From Microthyrium microscopicum (lineage: Eukaryota), in contig MU004233.1 of the NCBI GenBank assembly GCA_010405405.1, positions 2,768,539 through 2,832,538 of the forward strand: DNA of 64,000 nt. Direction: 5' to 3'. A model generated the notes under the pieces. The model worked only from the letters and a program-made list of their open reading frames with translations, was not told where the DNA came from and searched no databases. Below are positions 34,766-48,540 of the stretch, piece by piece; position 1 is the stretch's first letter, and every line of letters begins with the position of its first letter. The position numbers were made by a program, and so were the translations under genes.

Positions 34766-37762
34766 GATTACGGAATTGAAGGCTTTTAAACAAGACCGAG
34801 TCAATGGACAAGGAAAGGCCTGTGAGCCCGGGCGTAGAAGTAGGCTTGAGAGTGGAGTGATAGTTTGTCCGTAAGAGGCTAATTCAAACAGTATTGAAGG
34901 GATCTAGGAAGCAACAGAGTTGGAAGCAGGTGGGTAAAATGGTTGGTTTGACTGAGCCTGAGTGAGGGTTATGCTTGAAGAGAGCCTACTGCTTTGGATG
35001 AATTGCAGGCTAGACAAGCCAGTAAACTAAAACTCGTGATGTAACTAGGAAGAAATCGAAAACAAAGTTGATCTGATCACGCAAGCCCTTAAAGACCTGA
35101 ACTATAGATGCCAATTCACACAAGATGACCATCTCAGCTTATATTCTCTTCTTCTGTTCCCAGGCAACCTGCGTAATGTTGCCTTGTTTTCCATTGGGTT
35201 ACCACCATAACATACCACATCCAACTGCCATGAAGAGTTTGCACTACTTTAAACCTGAAGCCCGACTTATGGCTAGCCGTTAATAGCGACGCCAGCATAA
35301 AGGCATTTAACAGCACATCCTGCATAAAGCAACCCAACTCTGCACTCAACAAAAGAGTGGCACATCATGTATCTTCAGGTCATCTCTGCCGACTAAGCCT
35401 CCACACTTCTGAATCACCAGGGCGGGAGGGAAACGGGAAGGGAGGCTTGGGCCGCTCCGAACCTCAAAAGCGACCGACCGTAAATGTTGCCAGTACATTC
35501 GATGGCTCCCTAAGAATGCGTTCTCAGTGTGGCTATGAAACCTTTATACAGGGCTGTTCCTGGGCAACGTTTGCAATCTACCAGATTACCTAGGCAAAGT
35601 GCGGGTACGACGGACGGACTCGGAGGCATATTGAGCCCAAGAGTGTCGGAACAGCGACTCTACTTCCGATCCTACGGAAGCCAGTAGTTGACATGCCCAG
35701 GATGCTCGAATAGGTTTAGATAGATCTGCAGTAGCATATATGCATCATCAGGATAGAATAACTTACAGCGGCTGTTTTCAATATGCAAAACTGTCGTTCC
35801 AACGGAGTGACGAAATGAATGGCAAGCTCCCGTCTGCGATGATGGCGACCACCAACACGATTGGACAAATGATGCTATTTCTTCGAATGTATTCAACTCA
35901 GTATCTGCAAATCTACGCATCCGACATGGGATTGTTCAACTCATTTTGTCACGTCGTCCATGCCTGAGAGTCTGATGGTATCGGTTGCTGTCAAGTCTGA
36001 CACGAAATAGATCGCGTCAAAGCTTTCCCCTTGGGCCCGAGCTGCATGAGAGTGTGATGTGGCAGAACAGCGTGTCCGATCAGACATTTAGCGGGCTCAA
36101 ACTCCCAGATAATCCGCTAACAGTGTTGGGAATTTACCAGACAAATCATCCGATGAAGTTGCTCTTGATGATGATGAACCATCAAGTAGTGTGATGATGT
36201 GCGTAAGAATTGCTACGAAGCTGCAGACTCGGCATGTCTACCACTCATTATACCGATCTCAAGCTGTGGGCGTGCATATGTACCTCTGCGCAACCTCGCG
36301 GACGCGGAGTACATCCTGCAATACTCCCAGGTACATTATGTTTGGTACTTTTACATGTGAAATCATGTTGTACCGGTACATGAGAGACCCAATGCAGAGG
36401 ATAGACTCGAGAGCGATTGTGTTGACATTCCATTGGAGCGTGCTCATCCTGCTGGTCTCCAGCAGCAACAAGAGACCCAGCTTGTCGGTACCTGCGCGCT
36501 ACATTGTACAAACTATCAAATCCACCTGTTGATGACATCAAATAGAGATACTAGCTGACACGTGTCTTGTGGATCTCCACACTTCCGATTCTTGTCGGTC
36601 TTCAAGTACATACTTGTTGGGTTTGGAGGTGGGAGATTCAGAGCCTGGGCTGCGCCATTGACGCAGTGACCCTCGCCACGCACGTCTCGCACACTTGAAC
36701 TCTTATGTGTTGGCGATGAAGTGAGCAATGTGTCCCTGCGCATGTATGTTTTGGGAACCTGTACACCTTCGATGCGAACACCTCCTCGCCGTTGACATGG
36801 AACTGCCGAACGCATACCAGGCTCCTAGCATGGAAAGGCTGGCAAGGCTGGGCGAACTGTTCGTCGATCCCATGGTTGTCACAAGATCCTTCTCCATGCA
36901 AAGAAATGTCCAACGCGACTCATTCCAGAATTCAGTGGCTAATTATGGCACACTGAGGTATATGCGTGCCAATGGATGGTACATTATTCATTGCTGACAC
37001 TGCCCTGAAGAGGTATTCTACCGACGAAGAAAATGTATGTCTTGCCCTCATCTGCTTCGCTGGCTCCCATAATATACTCAGCGTTCTTTGTCATAAGCAT
37101 GTCTCTCATCGAGTGTGTAGATGGAAGGGTAAATCTTCAATTAAGATGGGAAGTAGAGCATATTGTGATATGGTCCTTGTAAGAGATATGATATGCGATG
37201 AACAATATAAAGGTGTGCCCCCTATCCACCCCTTTGACTCCGATCCACTGCGTTCTGGTATCAACCGCTGTGATCCATATTGTAGTGGATTAAGAGCTAC
37301 CATCTAGTTTGTCAGTCAACTGGCTTGTTCAAATCTGATGGCGATCCCAAAATCAATGCTTTGATTCGGACCAGTCTGTGAGTCGAACATGACAGGTAGG
37401 ATATTCGTTTTCAGAAGCCTTGTTTGTTAGATACATTGATCTCTTATGGACGATTATAGTCCAGACTAATCATGAATTCGTCAAGTCATACTATTCCATC
37501 AATGCAACTAGTCCAGTACTATTAGATATTGAATATGGTGTGAAACCTCAGCTATTCCCCATCTCTTGGGAGTAAAGTATACGCTGGAAATATAAATACG
37601 AATTGAAATGCTGCACTTGACAGGAAAGAAACGAAATGCTGAGCAAAGCGCAAAAGTAATAGAAATGAAGAACCTGGACTTTTATCACAGGCATGAATCC
37701 AAGAAAAGCTGAAACGCTATGCGAGAACAAATGCCGAAATGCGTGGCGAGGGGAAATAAAGA

Positions 37763-39177
37763 TCAAGCAGTGATACGACGATGAGGGTTATGTGGAGCGA
37801 ACGAATTTCGTCTCCATGAGCTTTGGGGCCGCTTGAAAACATCTTCGATGAACCTTCTCGGCCCCATAGACTCCCAATCAAACCCTCGTGGAGAGGACAG
37901 GAGAGGAATAACAAAAGCACGTCTTCGTCTCGACGGCCAAGTGGTCTTGATGCAGTCGTCAACGAGTGCCATGAGAGCACTAGCAACGATCACGCTACAC
38001 AATTTTAGTATCAGATCTCTAGATTTCTTTTCTCATTCTCATGGACTTACTCAGCGACATCTGGATGCGAATGGATGATTCTACGATCCTTGATCCATAG
38101 TGAGCAAGGAGGAATCCATCCACCTCTCCGACGCTCCTCATCAACCTGACTAATAGTCAAGGCGTCTGGGACAACGTGAGCACAAGGATATTTCTCCCCT
38201 TCTCTAAAGAGATGAAATGATGTCTCTGTGATGCCATCCATTTGTTTGATGTGTCGCCTCCAAGCATATTTCACACCCCAGTACTCGAAGGTATATCGCT
38301 TCCCAGTGCGATTGCCTCGACGGCTCACTTGAACATGCGCATAATTAGAGAATTCCATCTTGATAGTGTCAGTTGGCTGCTGAGTTCGCCGCGTTTTCGA
38401 TGATGATCCTGAGGTCTCCGGCATGTTTTCGTCAACATCTACAGAACTGTAGCCAGAATCCCTTCGATCAAGCTGTGGCGGAACAGAGGATTTGATGGAG
38501 GTTGTTCGGCGAAGAGTATTCAAGGCAGTTGTTAGAGAACGCTGTAGACTGGGTTTTTCGTCTTTGAAGGGCTCTTCAAACTTGCGCGCTGATCGGCATA
38601 CTTCTCTTCCAGAGTCGCGGCAATATCTGCGGAATGAAAAGTCTCTGCTCTTTAGATCATGCATCCGGAGATGAAACAGAGTCAATGGTCGTTTTCTGCC
38701 GTACCGTGTCTGAATCATGGTATCTAATCGTAGATTCATATTACCATCAAGCGTTGAATCATCATGCCGGATGGCTATTCTATTGTCTGAAGGAAAAAAG
38801 TCGGCAAAGTCTCTAGGAGTTGATGGTATTGCTTCTGGAACATATTGCGAATCTGGCATCGCGAGAGCCTCATACGACTCGTCGAGATCTATTTCAGATT
38901 CCTCGTCATCCGAAGGAAGGGTTGAAGCATAACTCTGAACTGATACTTTCTCATACATTGTATGGCGTCTGTCTCTGTCTGATGCTAGGTTGGACATCAT
39001 ACTGTCATGCTGAGCCATCTTCCTGTCTCGTGAAGCCGGCGGTGTGCTGTATTCCGTGGGTGCAGTACTTCGACTTTGTGCTGTTGACCGGGATGTCTTT
39101 GATGCTTGACTGTGTGATGAGCTTGGTGCTTCGTCCCCGTTCTTTCCATAGCTATGCCAACCAGGTGGTACTGCCAT
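37763..39177 (-). CDS. Conserved hypothetical ascomycete protein
   Basis: 376-aa ORF with ordered motifs (IRHDDSTLDGNMNLRLDT, LFHLRMHDLKSRDFSFRRYCRDSGREVC, FEYWGVKYAWRR, GGWIPPCSLWI). A GTAAGT intron near 38050 leads to a last exon VIVASALMALVDDCIK.. ending at 37763. Confidence 0.8.
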
Positions 39178-41299
39178 ATCTGCTTCGGTCTTTCGATGTG
39201 ATTGGGAATGGATGGTTGAAGTAAGCTGGCCGGATGGTCTTTGATTCTTTCCGTCACTTGATGAGAGATTAAACCAGCATTGTGATTAAAAGTATAAGAA
39301 GTCGGAAAGAACAAAGGCACTAATACTTTAGGCCAATAATAGCCAGGTCAAAAAGATTCCGGAGATCCGAGCCGCGAGGTAGTTGGGATAGCCCTGTACA
39401 GTGGTAATACTCGGGTCGACTTGGAAATACAAGAAACAGCAGGAAACAACATCCGCAGATGAAAAAGAATAGAAAAAAGAGAAGGGACAGCCAGAAAAGG
39501 GTGGTTATGCGGGGAGGAGCAATGGACACGGCTTATGTTCCAATGCGTTGCGTTGGCAGTATCCTTGGAGGACAAGGCAGCATGTCAAGAAGCGGTTTCC
39601 GCCGAGGCTTTCCACTTCTACTACTTACCGGTCCTGTACCTTTATTATTCGAAGCCCTGCAGCCGTTTAGCCCATCCTTGAATAGTAGATGTGGGAGAAG
39701 TCTCCTAGAAAGCGGGACTTTTTCATGCATCGGTGTCGGAACTGGCCAACGAACGTGCAATCCAACAGAGTGGCTGGCCAGTGGAGCTTCGTGGCACCAC
39801 TCCAAGCCTCCCGAAATCCATTGGATACTTTACCTGCGGAATAGAATTTTTGCGCAACAGTTTGCCTGCACAAGACTGCCTTTGGAGCCATGTGGAGGCC
39901 CAACGTCGAGACTCGAAGCCGTGGGGAGTACTGCGTTGTCGATGGGCACTATCAACCTTGATGCCGATGGGAATCATGACTGAAGTGTAAGAAAGATACA
40001 GGTAGTGCCCAAATGTCGACTGCGAAAGAACAAATTCAAGCAGCGAGAGTCTCCTATTCGACAACTTTAAGGAGTCGAGAAGAGTCAACGCCACGAGGTC
40101 CGTGACCTGCTCTCATTTTCGCCAACTTCATCGCTTCACAACCTTTGAACCTACGTTGTGCACATCGAGCCGCCATCAGCCGTGGAAGGTCTATGCTTCT
40201 AGAACTTTTGCCTCATTTTCTTCCCTGTCTAGAACCTAGAGGCTAGGCCAGACGCGTACATGAATTGCGATGTCTCCTATCGACTACACTCTCGTATTGG
40301 GTGCTCAATTTCCCATAGAGGGCGTTTGATACCTAACGGTTCATCAAACGCCATGAGAATTCAGACGCTCTATAAACAGTGCGACCGATAGCAGACATCG
40401 ACTTGTGGAAGCACATCAGTCATTTTGTCCATTGGTCGGGCCATGCGCGTATTGTGAACAAGCCTCCCAGATCCATAACCATGCAAATCACAAGACGACA
40501 AGTGATGCTACTCTAGGTAACTGCCCTTTTCAACCTTGCGTTCCCCAAAGTATATATCGATCTCCCATTTTACCCTTTCACGATACCTTGTTCCGAGGTA
40601 TCAATAGATAAGCCGACCAGGATATTGTACAACCTCGGGGGCCTTCCTGGTCTATTTTCAACCGTTACTTCCGTCCTGTCGCAACATCTTGTGGAAACTG
40701 CATTGAGTTCTCCTTACCAAAAGATGTTGTCGATGAAATTGTCCGGTCACGGCTATCAACCCAAGGCCGAGCTGCTGGATGGCATCGATCACTGCTGCGT
40801 CAAGAACACGGATCATCCTAGGCCATCATGTTCAAAGCTGCAAGAGGACGGGTGTTTCGCCTGGATTCCCCACAGTGATCTGCTTCACTTCCGCCTTGGA
40901 TGGTAGTCTGTCAGTGCAGACTTTCAACGAATATCCTTCATTCTCGCATCCACCTTCGGGTCCTGAACAGCCACAATTGAAGCATCATTTCCGATTACCT
41001 GGAATGGCAGTTCGGGTTCAGAGATCCATTACTTTCGGCCTAAAAACTCCGAATATGGAAGAAAATTGCTCACTGTACTGTCCCATTTGCGCGCTTTGGA
41101 CTACAATACTAGTGTGCAGTGTCTAACTTACTGCACTTCTAATTCGGTACGTCGAGGCCAATACCAAGCTTCGCCCACGCTTCGACGACTTGAAGCCTCC
41201 AATTAACGCTTAAGGAATCTGGTCAGATGTCGCGGAGGCGAACCAATTATGGAGCACTGTTAGATGGATATCAGATTAATGCACTACTTGTACGATCAG

Positions 41300-41451
41300 T
41301 GTTGTGATGAAGAACATGCCAAGGGATTAGATAATCGCAAGACCTAATTAGAGATAACATAATCCCCTAATTAGCGTGTCCTAAAAACTATATTAGGCCC
41401 TTAGACTCTTATAGTAATTAACTACGCTTTATTTCTTATATTCTTATAATA
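41300..41451 (+). repeat. 5' LTR
   Basis: Aligns without gaps to 51087-51238. About 19 differences by manual count, all transitions. Confidence 0.95.
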
Positions 41452-43827
41452 TCTAGTAGTAATAATTTAATTTAATTAGGACCTCTAAATAACAAACCTT
41501 TTATAAGAATCCTTAAATTTACTTTATTATTAATAATTACTTAGGATTAATATTTAGCAAGATATACTCTAAGAATACTATTCTTTAATTAGCTAGCCTT
41601 ATTATAGCCTAATACCTAGTAATTATATATTAGGAAATAATTCTTAAGATTTATATATAATAATATTCCTTACTACTATATATCCTAAAAATATTTTAAA
41701 TTATCTTTAATTTAAACTACTACTTTAAGAATTATTAAATATATTATAAGAATTATTTCTTCTATAATAATACCCTCTTTATCCTTACTAACTTTTACTA
41801 TATTAATTACGTAGCTATTAAACAAAATATAAGAACTTCTCCTTAGAAAATTCCTTAGAATAACGTTATAAAAACTTTACTATACGAATTAAAGCTAATA
41901 AGTAATAATATAGACTCTTAGCCTTAGGTTATCTTAGGAAATTAGATTAAGATTTTATCTATACTAAAGAAGTATAAAAATTTGCCTTAGAATAATCTTC
42001 TAACTCTAGATTTTATCTAACTAACTTTAGTATAGAAACTTCTAAACCTTAAAACTTTTTCTCTACCTTATTAAGATTATATCCTTTATTAAAACTATTA
42101 CTTCTTTTTACTAAAATAAATAACTAGTATAATAATATTATAGCTTAAGCTATAAGATAAGATACCTAGTAGGTATAATATTAAGCCTAGGTTACTAACC
42201 TAAGTCCTTAAAATAAGTAACTTACTTCTATATTACTAAATAACCTTTTTAGCGTATTAAATCCTAGTCCTAACCTTATAACTTAGGTTACTAACGTTTA
42301 ATAATTAGGACTCTAAGCTCTAAACTATTTTATTAATATATATTAAGTTAATTCCTAGATTATTAACTATTCTTCTACTAAACTATAAACTTCCTCCTAA
42401 GCTTAGAACTATATTCCTAAAGGACCTAACTACATTCCCTAGGCCTATAACTAAACTTTCTAACGTAATAATAATAAAAATTAGTAGTTTATAAATAAGC
42501 TTATTCTTCTTTAAGGAATATTATTTTACTCTACTACTAATAAGTAAATTAAATAAGATTATAGCTCTAAACTTATAAAGAATATCTAATATACTTAGTA
42601 GTAGGAAATAGTAAATTATATTACTAAATTAATCTTTTACCTTAACGTAAGTAAGTTTATTCTACGTACTTAAGATTACTAGGTAAATAAAATTAAGGCT
42701 TATACTTAGACTTAAGCTTTAACCTAGGAAACTTTACAAATAAGTATTACTTACCTAAACCTTATAGAAAAGCTAAGTAAAGAGTTAGATAAGACTATTA
42801 AATTACTCTTCTAAACTTTTAGTCCTTAAAAACTTATTAAAATAATAAGAAATATTCCTTAGGAATAGAGATAATATTTAACTAAGTTTAAAATACCTCT
42901 TAATAGTTTATTCTCTAAGAAACTAAGTAAGTATAATACCTAAGCTAAGAGCTTCTTTTATACCTTTAAGGCTAGTAAAGATATTCTTTTATTAAATTTT
43001 ACTCTACCTAAGTAATAGAAAATTACTAAGATTAGAGAATATCTCCTTATTAAGTAATATCTCTTATAAGCTAACTTAGCCTAGTAATAAGTTATAGAAG
43101 AGTTTAAGATACTTAAAAGTTTATCTTATTTCTTTATCTACTTTTAATCTATATTTAGTATTAAAAAAGATATACTTAAGGTTAGTATCTAGTAGGATTA
43201 TATATTATAGGTTTTATCTACTAAGGAATTTATTTATTATCTTTATATCTTATAGACTTAAATAAATCCTATATCTACTAATTATAAAATAAGTATCTAA
43301 ATCTAAGAAGACTTTAAAGAATAAGTTACTTTTAAAGCTAAGCGTAGATATAGTACTATTCCTAACCCTATAGTTAATATTTTAGCCTTTAAATAAGAAA
43401 TTATTAAATATAATATAAACTTCTATAAAAATATATATAATACTTATAATACTTATAGGCTAGAGTAGCTTAATAAAATCTCCTCTAATTTTAAGAAAAA
43501 TAAAGAGCCTACTCTAAATACTAGTTTTAAGAAATATCTTAAGAAAGTTAATAATAAAAGCTATACTAATAATAAGCTTAAGTTAAATAATAAAAATTTA
43601 AAGTAGCTTAACGCTATAAATAGCTATAGTTACTATTCTAAAGAATAACGTAATACTTAATACTCTAGGAAATTTAACTCTAATAAGAAATTATATTCTT
43701 TTTATAAAAAAAACTCTAAAGGTAAAAAAGCTCTTATAGATAACTCTAAACTTAAGTACTAGAATTATAGTAAACTTAGCTACTACGCTATAAATTATAA
43801 AAAGCCTAACTAGTAATAATAGAGTTT

Positions 43828-46800
43828 AAAAAACTACTATTACTAGAAAATAAATAGGAATCTTTTAGCTTAGAACTAGAATACTTTATTTATCTATATA
43901 ATAACTAATAAGCTTTCTTTAACTATATAAGTAGATATAGTAATACTCTTTTACGTCTATCTATTTACTTATATTATAAAAATTATTTTATTAAAACTAT
44001 AGCTCTTCTAGACTTAGGAGCTAATTCTATTTATATTAGTTAAAAAATTATTAGAAAACTTAAAGCTTCTATAATATCTATCTTAAAGAAAGAAGTTACT
44101 CTTATAGATAGCTATATAGTTATAACTTCTTTTAGAATTTACTTACCCTATTATATTAAGACTTTTTATAGCTACTTTAAGGCTTATATTCTAAATATCC
44201 TTAATCTTAATATTATTTTTAGACTCTTATAGTTCTAGTTATATAATCTATAGATTAATTAGATAATAGAATAAATTAAGCTTATAAAGTAACGCTTAAG
44301 AGGCCTTTATACTTATAAGCTTACTATAGAATACTAGGTAGAGCCTCTTTAGAATAAGGAAAGCTACTTAGAATAAATAGAGTAGTTTATAATTAGCTCT
44401 CTTTATATAATTTTTTAAGTATTTTAAAATAAAGTAAAAAGAGTAAGAGACAAAGTTAAGAGTATTCTTTAGCTAATTTAAGAAATATAGAAATAGCCTA
44501 ATATCTTTTTAATAATTAATAACCTTAATATTAATAAACTTACTCTAGAAGATAAAGGTATATAGAAACTTTTAAATAATTACTATAGATTCTTTTGTTA
44601 TACTTTTCTTAAATTCTTACTATACTCTAAATTTAATTATAAAATCCTTATAGAGAACGCCTCTTCTTATAACTAAGCTTATTATTAAATATCTAACTTA
44701 TAACTAAAAGAGTAGAAAAAGTAGATTTAAGAACTACTTACTAAAGGACTTATTAGAGTCTTAAGAAGTCTTTAAGGTTTTTCTATCTTATTTATACTAA
44801 AGCTAGGAGGAAAATAGAGAATATATATTAACTACTATTTACTTAATATAGTTATACGTAAGGATACTTATTCCTTACTATAAATTAATAAGTATTTTAA
44901 TACTATTAGTAGAGTAAGATTCTTCTCTAAGCTTAACCTTCTATTAGGCTATTAATAAGTCTATATAATAGAAAAAGATATTAAGAAAATAGCCTTTAAT
45001 ACTAGGTCTAGAAAGTATAAGTTCCTTATTATACTTTTTAGATTAATAAATATACTATTATTTTTTTAGTATATAATAAATACTCTTCTTTAGCTCTTTT
45101 TATTAATTTACGTAGTTATTTACTTAAATAATATTATTATTTACTTAAATACTATAAAAGAATATTATAAGCATATTACCTAGGTTCTAAAAATCTTTTA
45201 AAATAATAAGCTTTATACTTATCCTAATAAATACGTCTTTAAGGTTAAGAAAATTAAATTCTATAGCTATAAAGTAAAAGGTTAGTAAATCTAACCCTTA
45301 CGCGAAAAAACTACCTTAATTAAGTTCTAGCCTATACTTAAGAATATATATAAAGTACGTTAATTTCTTAATTTTGCCTTATACTATTAATAGTATATTA
45401 AAAACTTTACTAAAATTACTATTTTTATCTTTAACTTCTTAAAGAAGGCTAATCTAAATATTAGGAAAAAAAAGTACTACTCTATTACTTAGACTTATTA
45501 ATATATTATAGCCTTTAATAAAATTAAGACTCTATTAACCTTATTACCTATCTTAGTAGTATATAATTTATAAAAGCCTATAAAACTCTAGATAAATACT
45601 TTAGATTATATAATTAGTTATAAGCTAGTATAAAAAAACAACTAGGGCAAATAATACTTAGTTACTTTTAATAGCTATAAACTAAGTAGAGCTAAACTTA
45701 ATTATCTAATATATAAGAAAGAGCTTCTTATAATTAAGAATATAATTAAGAGATACTAATACTACTTTCTAAGAAAAACTACTAAAGTAATTATAAATTA
45801 TAATAGCTTATAGTATATAAATATAATTAAGAATAATACTTAATATATTATTTAATAAATTAAAGAGTTTTAAAAATTTAATCTTATCTTTACGTATTAT
45901 AAAGATTCTTAAATAGTAATTCTTAATACTCTTAGTTACTATTTAAACTTTTAAGAAGAATAAATTAATACTATTTAGGAAATAGAGCCTAAAAATAGTA
46001 ATAATAACTTATTTTTTAAGGCGTAAACTACTCTATTAAAACTCTTATAAGAGTAGAAAGAATAAGAAATCTTCTATATATAGGGCTTATAAAAAGCATT
46101 AGAAAAGAAAGATTATACTATTTTTACTAGCGTATAGAAGAGGCTCTAAAAAAGTATTCTTAATTATTTTTAGATTAACCTTAATAAAGATATTAAGAGG
46201 AAATATAGTTATCTATTTTTAAAAAAAAATTCTACTAAAGCTAAGATACTTACTAGTTTACTCTATATTTATTTTCTCTATTATTAAGACCTTATTAAGA
46301 AAGTATATAATTAGTATAGGTACTTATTATATATAAACTTTACTAATATTCTTAAATTAAAAGGTTAGTAGCTAAAAATAAAGAATAACTTTTAGGAATT
46401 TATCTAGTTCTATTCTATATATTAAGTTTAATAAATAGATTAAAGTAAGCCTAAGTATAGGTCCTACTATTAAGTATAAAACTTATAGCTATTTAAGGCT
46501 TAGAGAATTAACCTAATTAGTAAACTTTTATAAAGTCTCCTTAAGAACTAGTATATTATCTATATAATTAACTATACTATAAGATAGCCTATTATAAAAT
46601 TAGTACTAAATATTACTACTTTTATAATTATAGAATTTATCTATAGGAAAATTATCTTAAAATATAGTCCTTCTTAATTATTAACCTTAGATAATAGACC
46701 TTAGTTTATTTTAGATATAATTCTATCCTTATTATAATAGATAAAGACTAAGTACTACTTAATAGCTTTATATAATCTCTAGTCTAATAGAAAGATTAAG

Positions 46801-47300
46801 AGATTTAATAGCCTACTAGATATATTCTTAACTAAGTTCTTAGAAAGAAAACTTATAGCTAGTTAGGATTTATACCTAGATTAAGTAGTTTATGCTACTA
46901 AGATATAAGCTTATACTACGTTAGGAATATCTCTCTTTTTCCTTATCTATAGGAAAGATTCTAAAGACTTTAAAATAAACTAGGTAAAGGAAGATAAATA
47001 AGCTAAATTAACTAGTACTATACTTTCTATCTATATAATTATAAAAGATTACTTAAAAAAGATTAGAATTACTAGATAAGTCTATTATAATGCTTTATTA
47101 AAATAAGCTATAGCCTTAAACCTTATTAATAATAATATAATTTTAAAAGAGGACTTTATTATTAAGTTCTCTATAGGTTCTTATATACTTCTTAAAAACT
47201 TAAATAAAACTAAGTTTTAAGTAACGTAGTTTAGCCCTTATAAAGTCTTAAAAGTCTACTTTTTAAGAATATATACTCTTAAGATACTTAATAAAAAAGT
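43828..47300 (+). pseudogene. RIP-mutated pol (protease-RT-RNase H-integrase)
   Basis: Motifs at 44002, 45121, 46501, 46681, 46771 and 47221 all fall in one reading frame, interrupted by TAA/TAG codons consistent with RIP of CAA/CAG/TGG. The true 3' end is unclear. Confidence 0.88.
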
Positions 47301-48440
47301 GCTTAAAAACCTTATCTATAAGAATTACTTTATATAAATATATACGCAAAAAAAAAAAAAATACTATTACTAAAACTAGCTATACTTTAAGTATAAGTAA
47401 CTAAGTAAAGATAACTTTAAAAGTATCTTAAATAAAGAGCATAGAAGCAAAATAGATATATTTACTATAACTAAGAAAGATTAGCTTAATAGATTAAGAA
47501 ACCTTTTAATAGAGTTAATTAATATTAAGAAGTCTAGTATTAGAAAATATTACCTAAGTCTACCTACTATTCTTTTTAATTTTATAAGAAAAGTTTAGAA
47601 AGCTAAAGTAAGTATTTATAGATAATAAAAGAAATATTCTATAGTAACTATTTATAACTTAAGTAGTAACTTAAAAACTCTTATAGTATTAAAATATATT
47701 CCTCTTAACTTAATTCTAGCTTTAGCGTAAAGTAATCTAAAATAAATAAAGTAAATTATATAAGAAGTAGAATATTCTATAATACTATAAAATCTAATAA
47801 GAGAAAAGAATAATAATATTCTTATCTCCTTAAATTAAAGCTTAGTAAGGAAGGAAATCCTTCTAGCTATAATAGATTAAGAATTAATTTTTATATTACT
47901 AAAATAATAAGAGTAAAAAGATAAATTGTTAAGACTAAGAAGCTATAATAAAATTGCTACCTTAATTACCTATACGTCTATACTAGAGGTAATAAATCTA
48001 TATAAATAAGTATCTAATCCTAGAAAGGACTATTAGGGTATTAACCCTTTATTACTAAATACTATAGAAGTAGAGATTTTTCTTATAAATTACCTTAAAC
48101 CTAGTCTACTATAAAAAATAGATATAACTAAAAGATTCTTATAGGATACTAATATATTTAGGCTAACTATAATGCTTAGTAGTTTTATATGTCCTAATAC
48201 TAATTTATAATATTTAGAATTAGGATAGAGATAATAGAAGGCTACTTCTAGATAAGAAATTATTCTATATATAAATATAGGTAAGATATCTATAAGAAAG
48301 AAAAGAAAAATTAACCTTTTATTATCTCTTTTATAACCTTTCTTAATTATATTCGTTTAAGGAAACTATTTATAAGAAATTACTTTTATTTATTATTAAT
48401 TTAAGTAAACTATTATAAGTAATAATAACTAAAATTAAAC

Positions 48441-48540
48441 CTTTAAATCTTCTTAGTAATCTTTAAGACTATTACTAAGGTTATTTAAATATAATAAGCT
48501 ATCTCTAAATCTTCTTAGTAATCTCTAGGACTATTATTAA
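48441..48540. repeat. 38-bp imperfect direct repeat (2 copies) inside the retrotransposon
   Basis: ctttaaatcttcttagtaatctttaagactattactaa (48441-48478) versus ctctaaatcttcttagtaatctctaggactattattaa (48503-48540). Differences are transitions. Confidence 0.85.

Noticed and set aside
35357..37500. Cluster of short ORFs on both strands
   Set aside because: No motifs, codon bias or consistent splice model.
47300..48320. Chromodomain after the integrase
   Set aside because: No YLVKWKGY/TWEP-like pattern could be read even allowing for RIP. Left unassigned.
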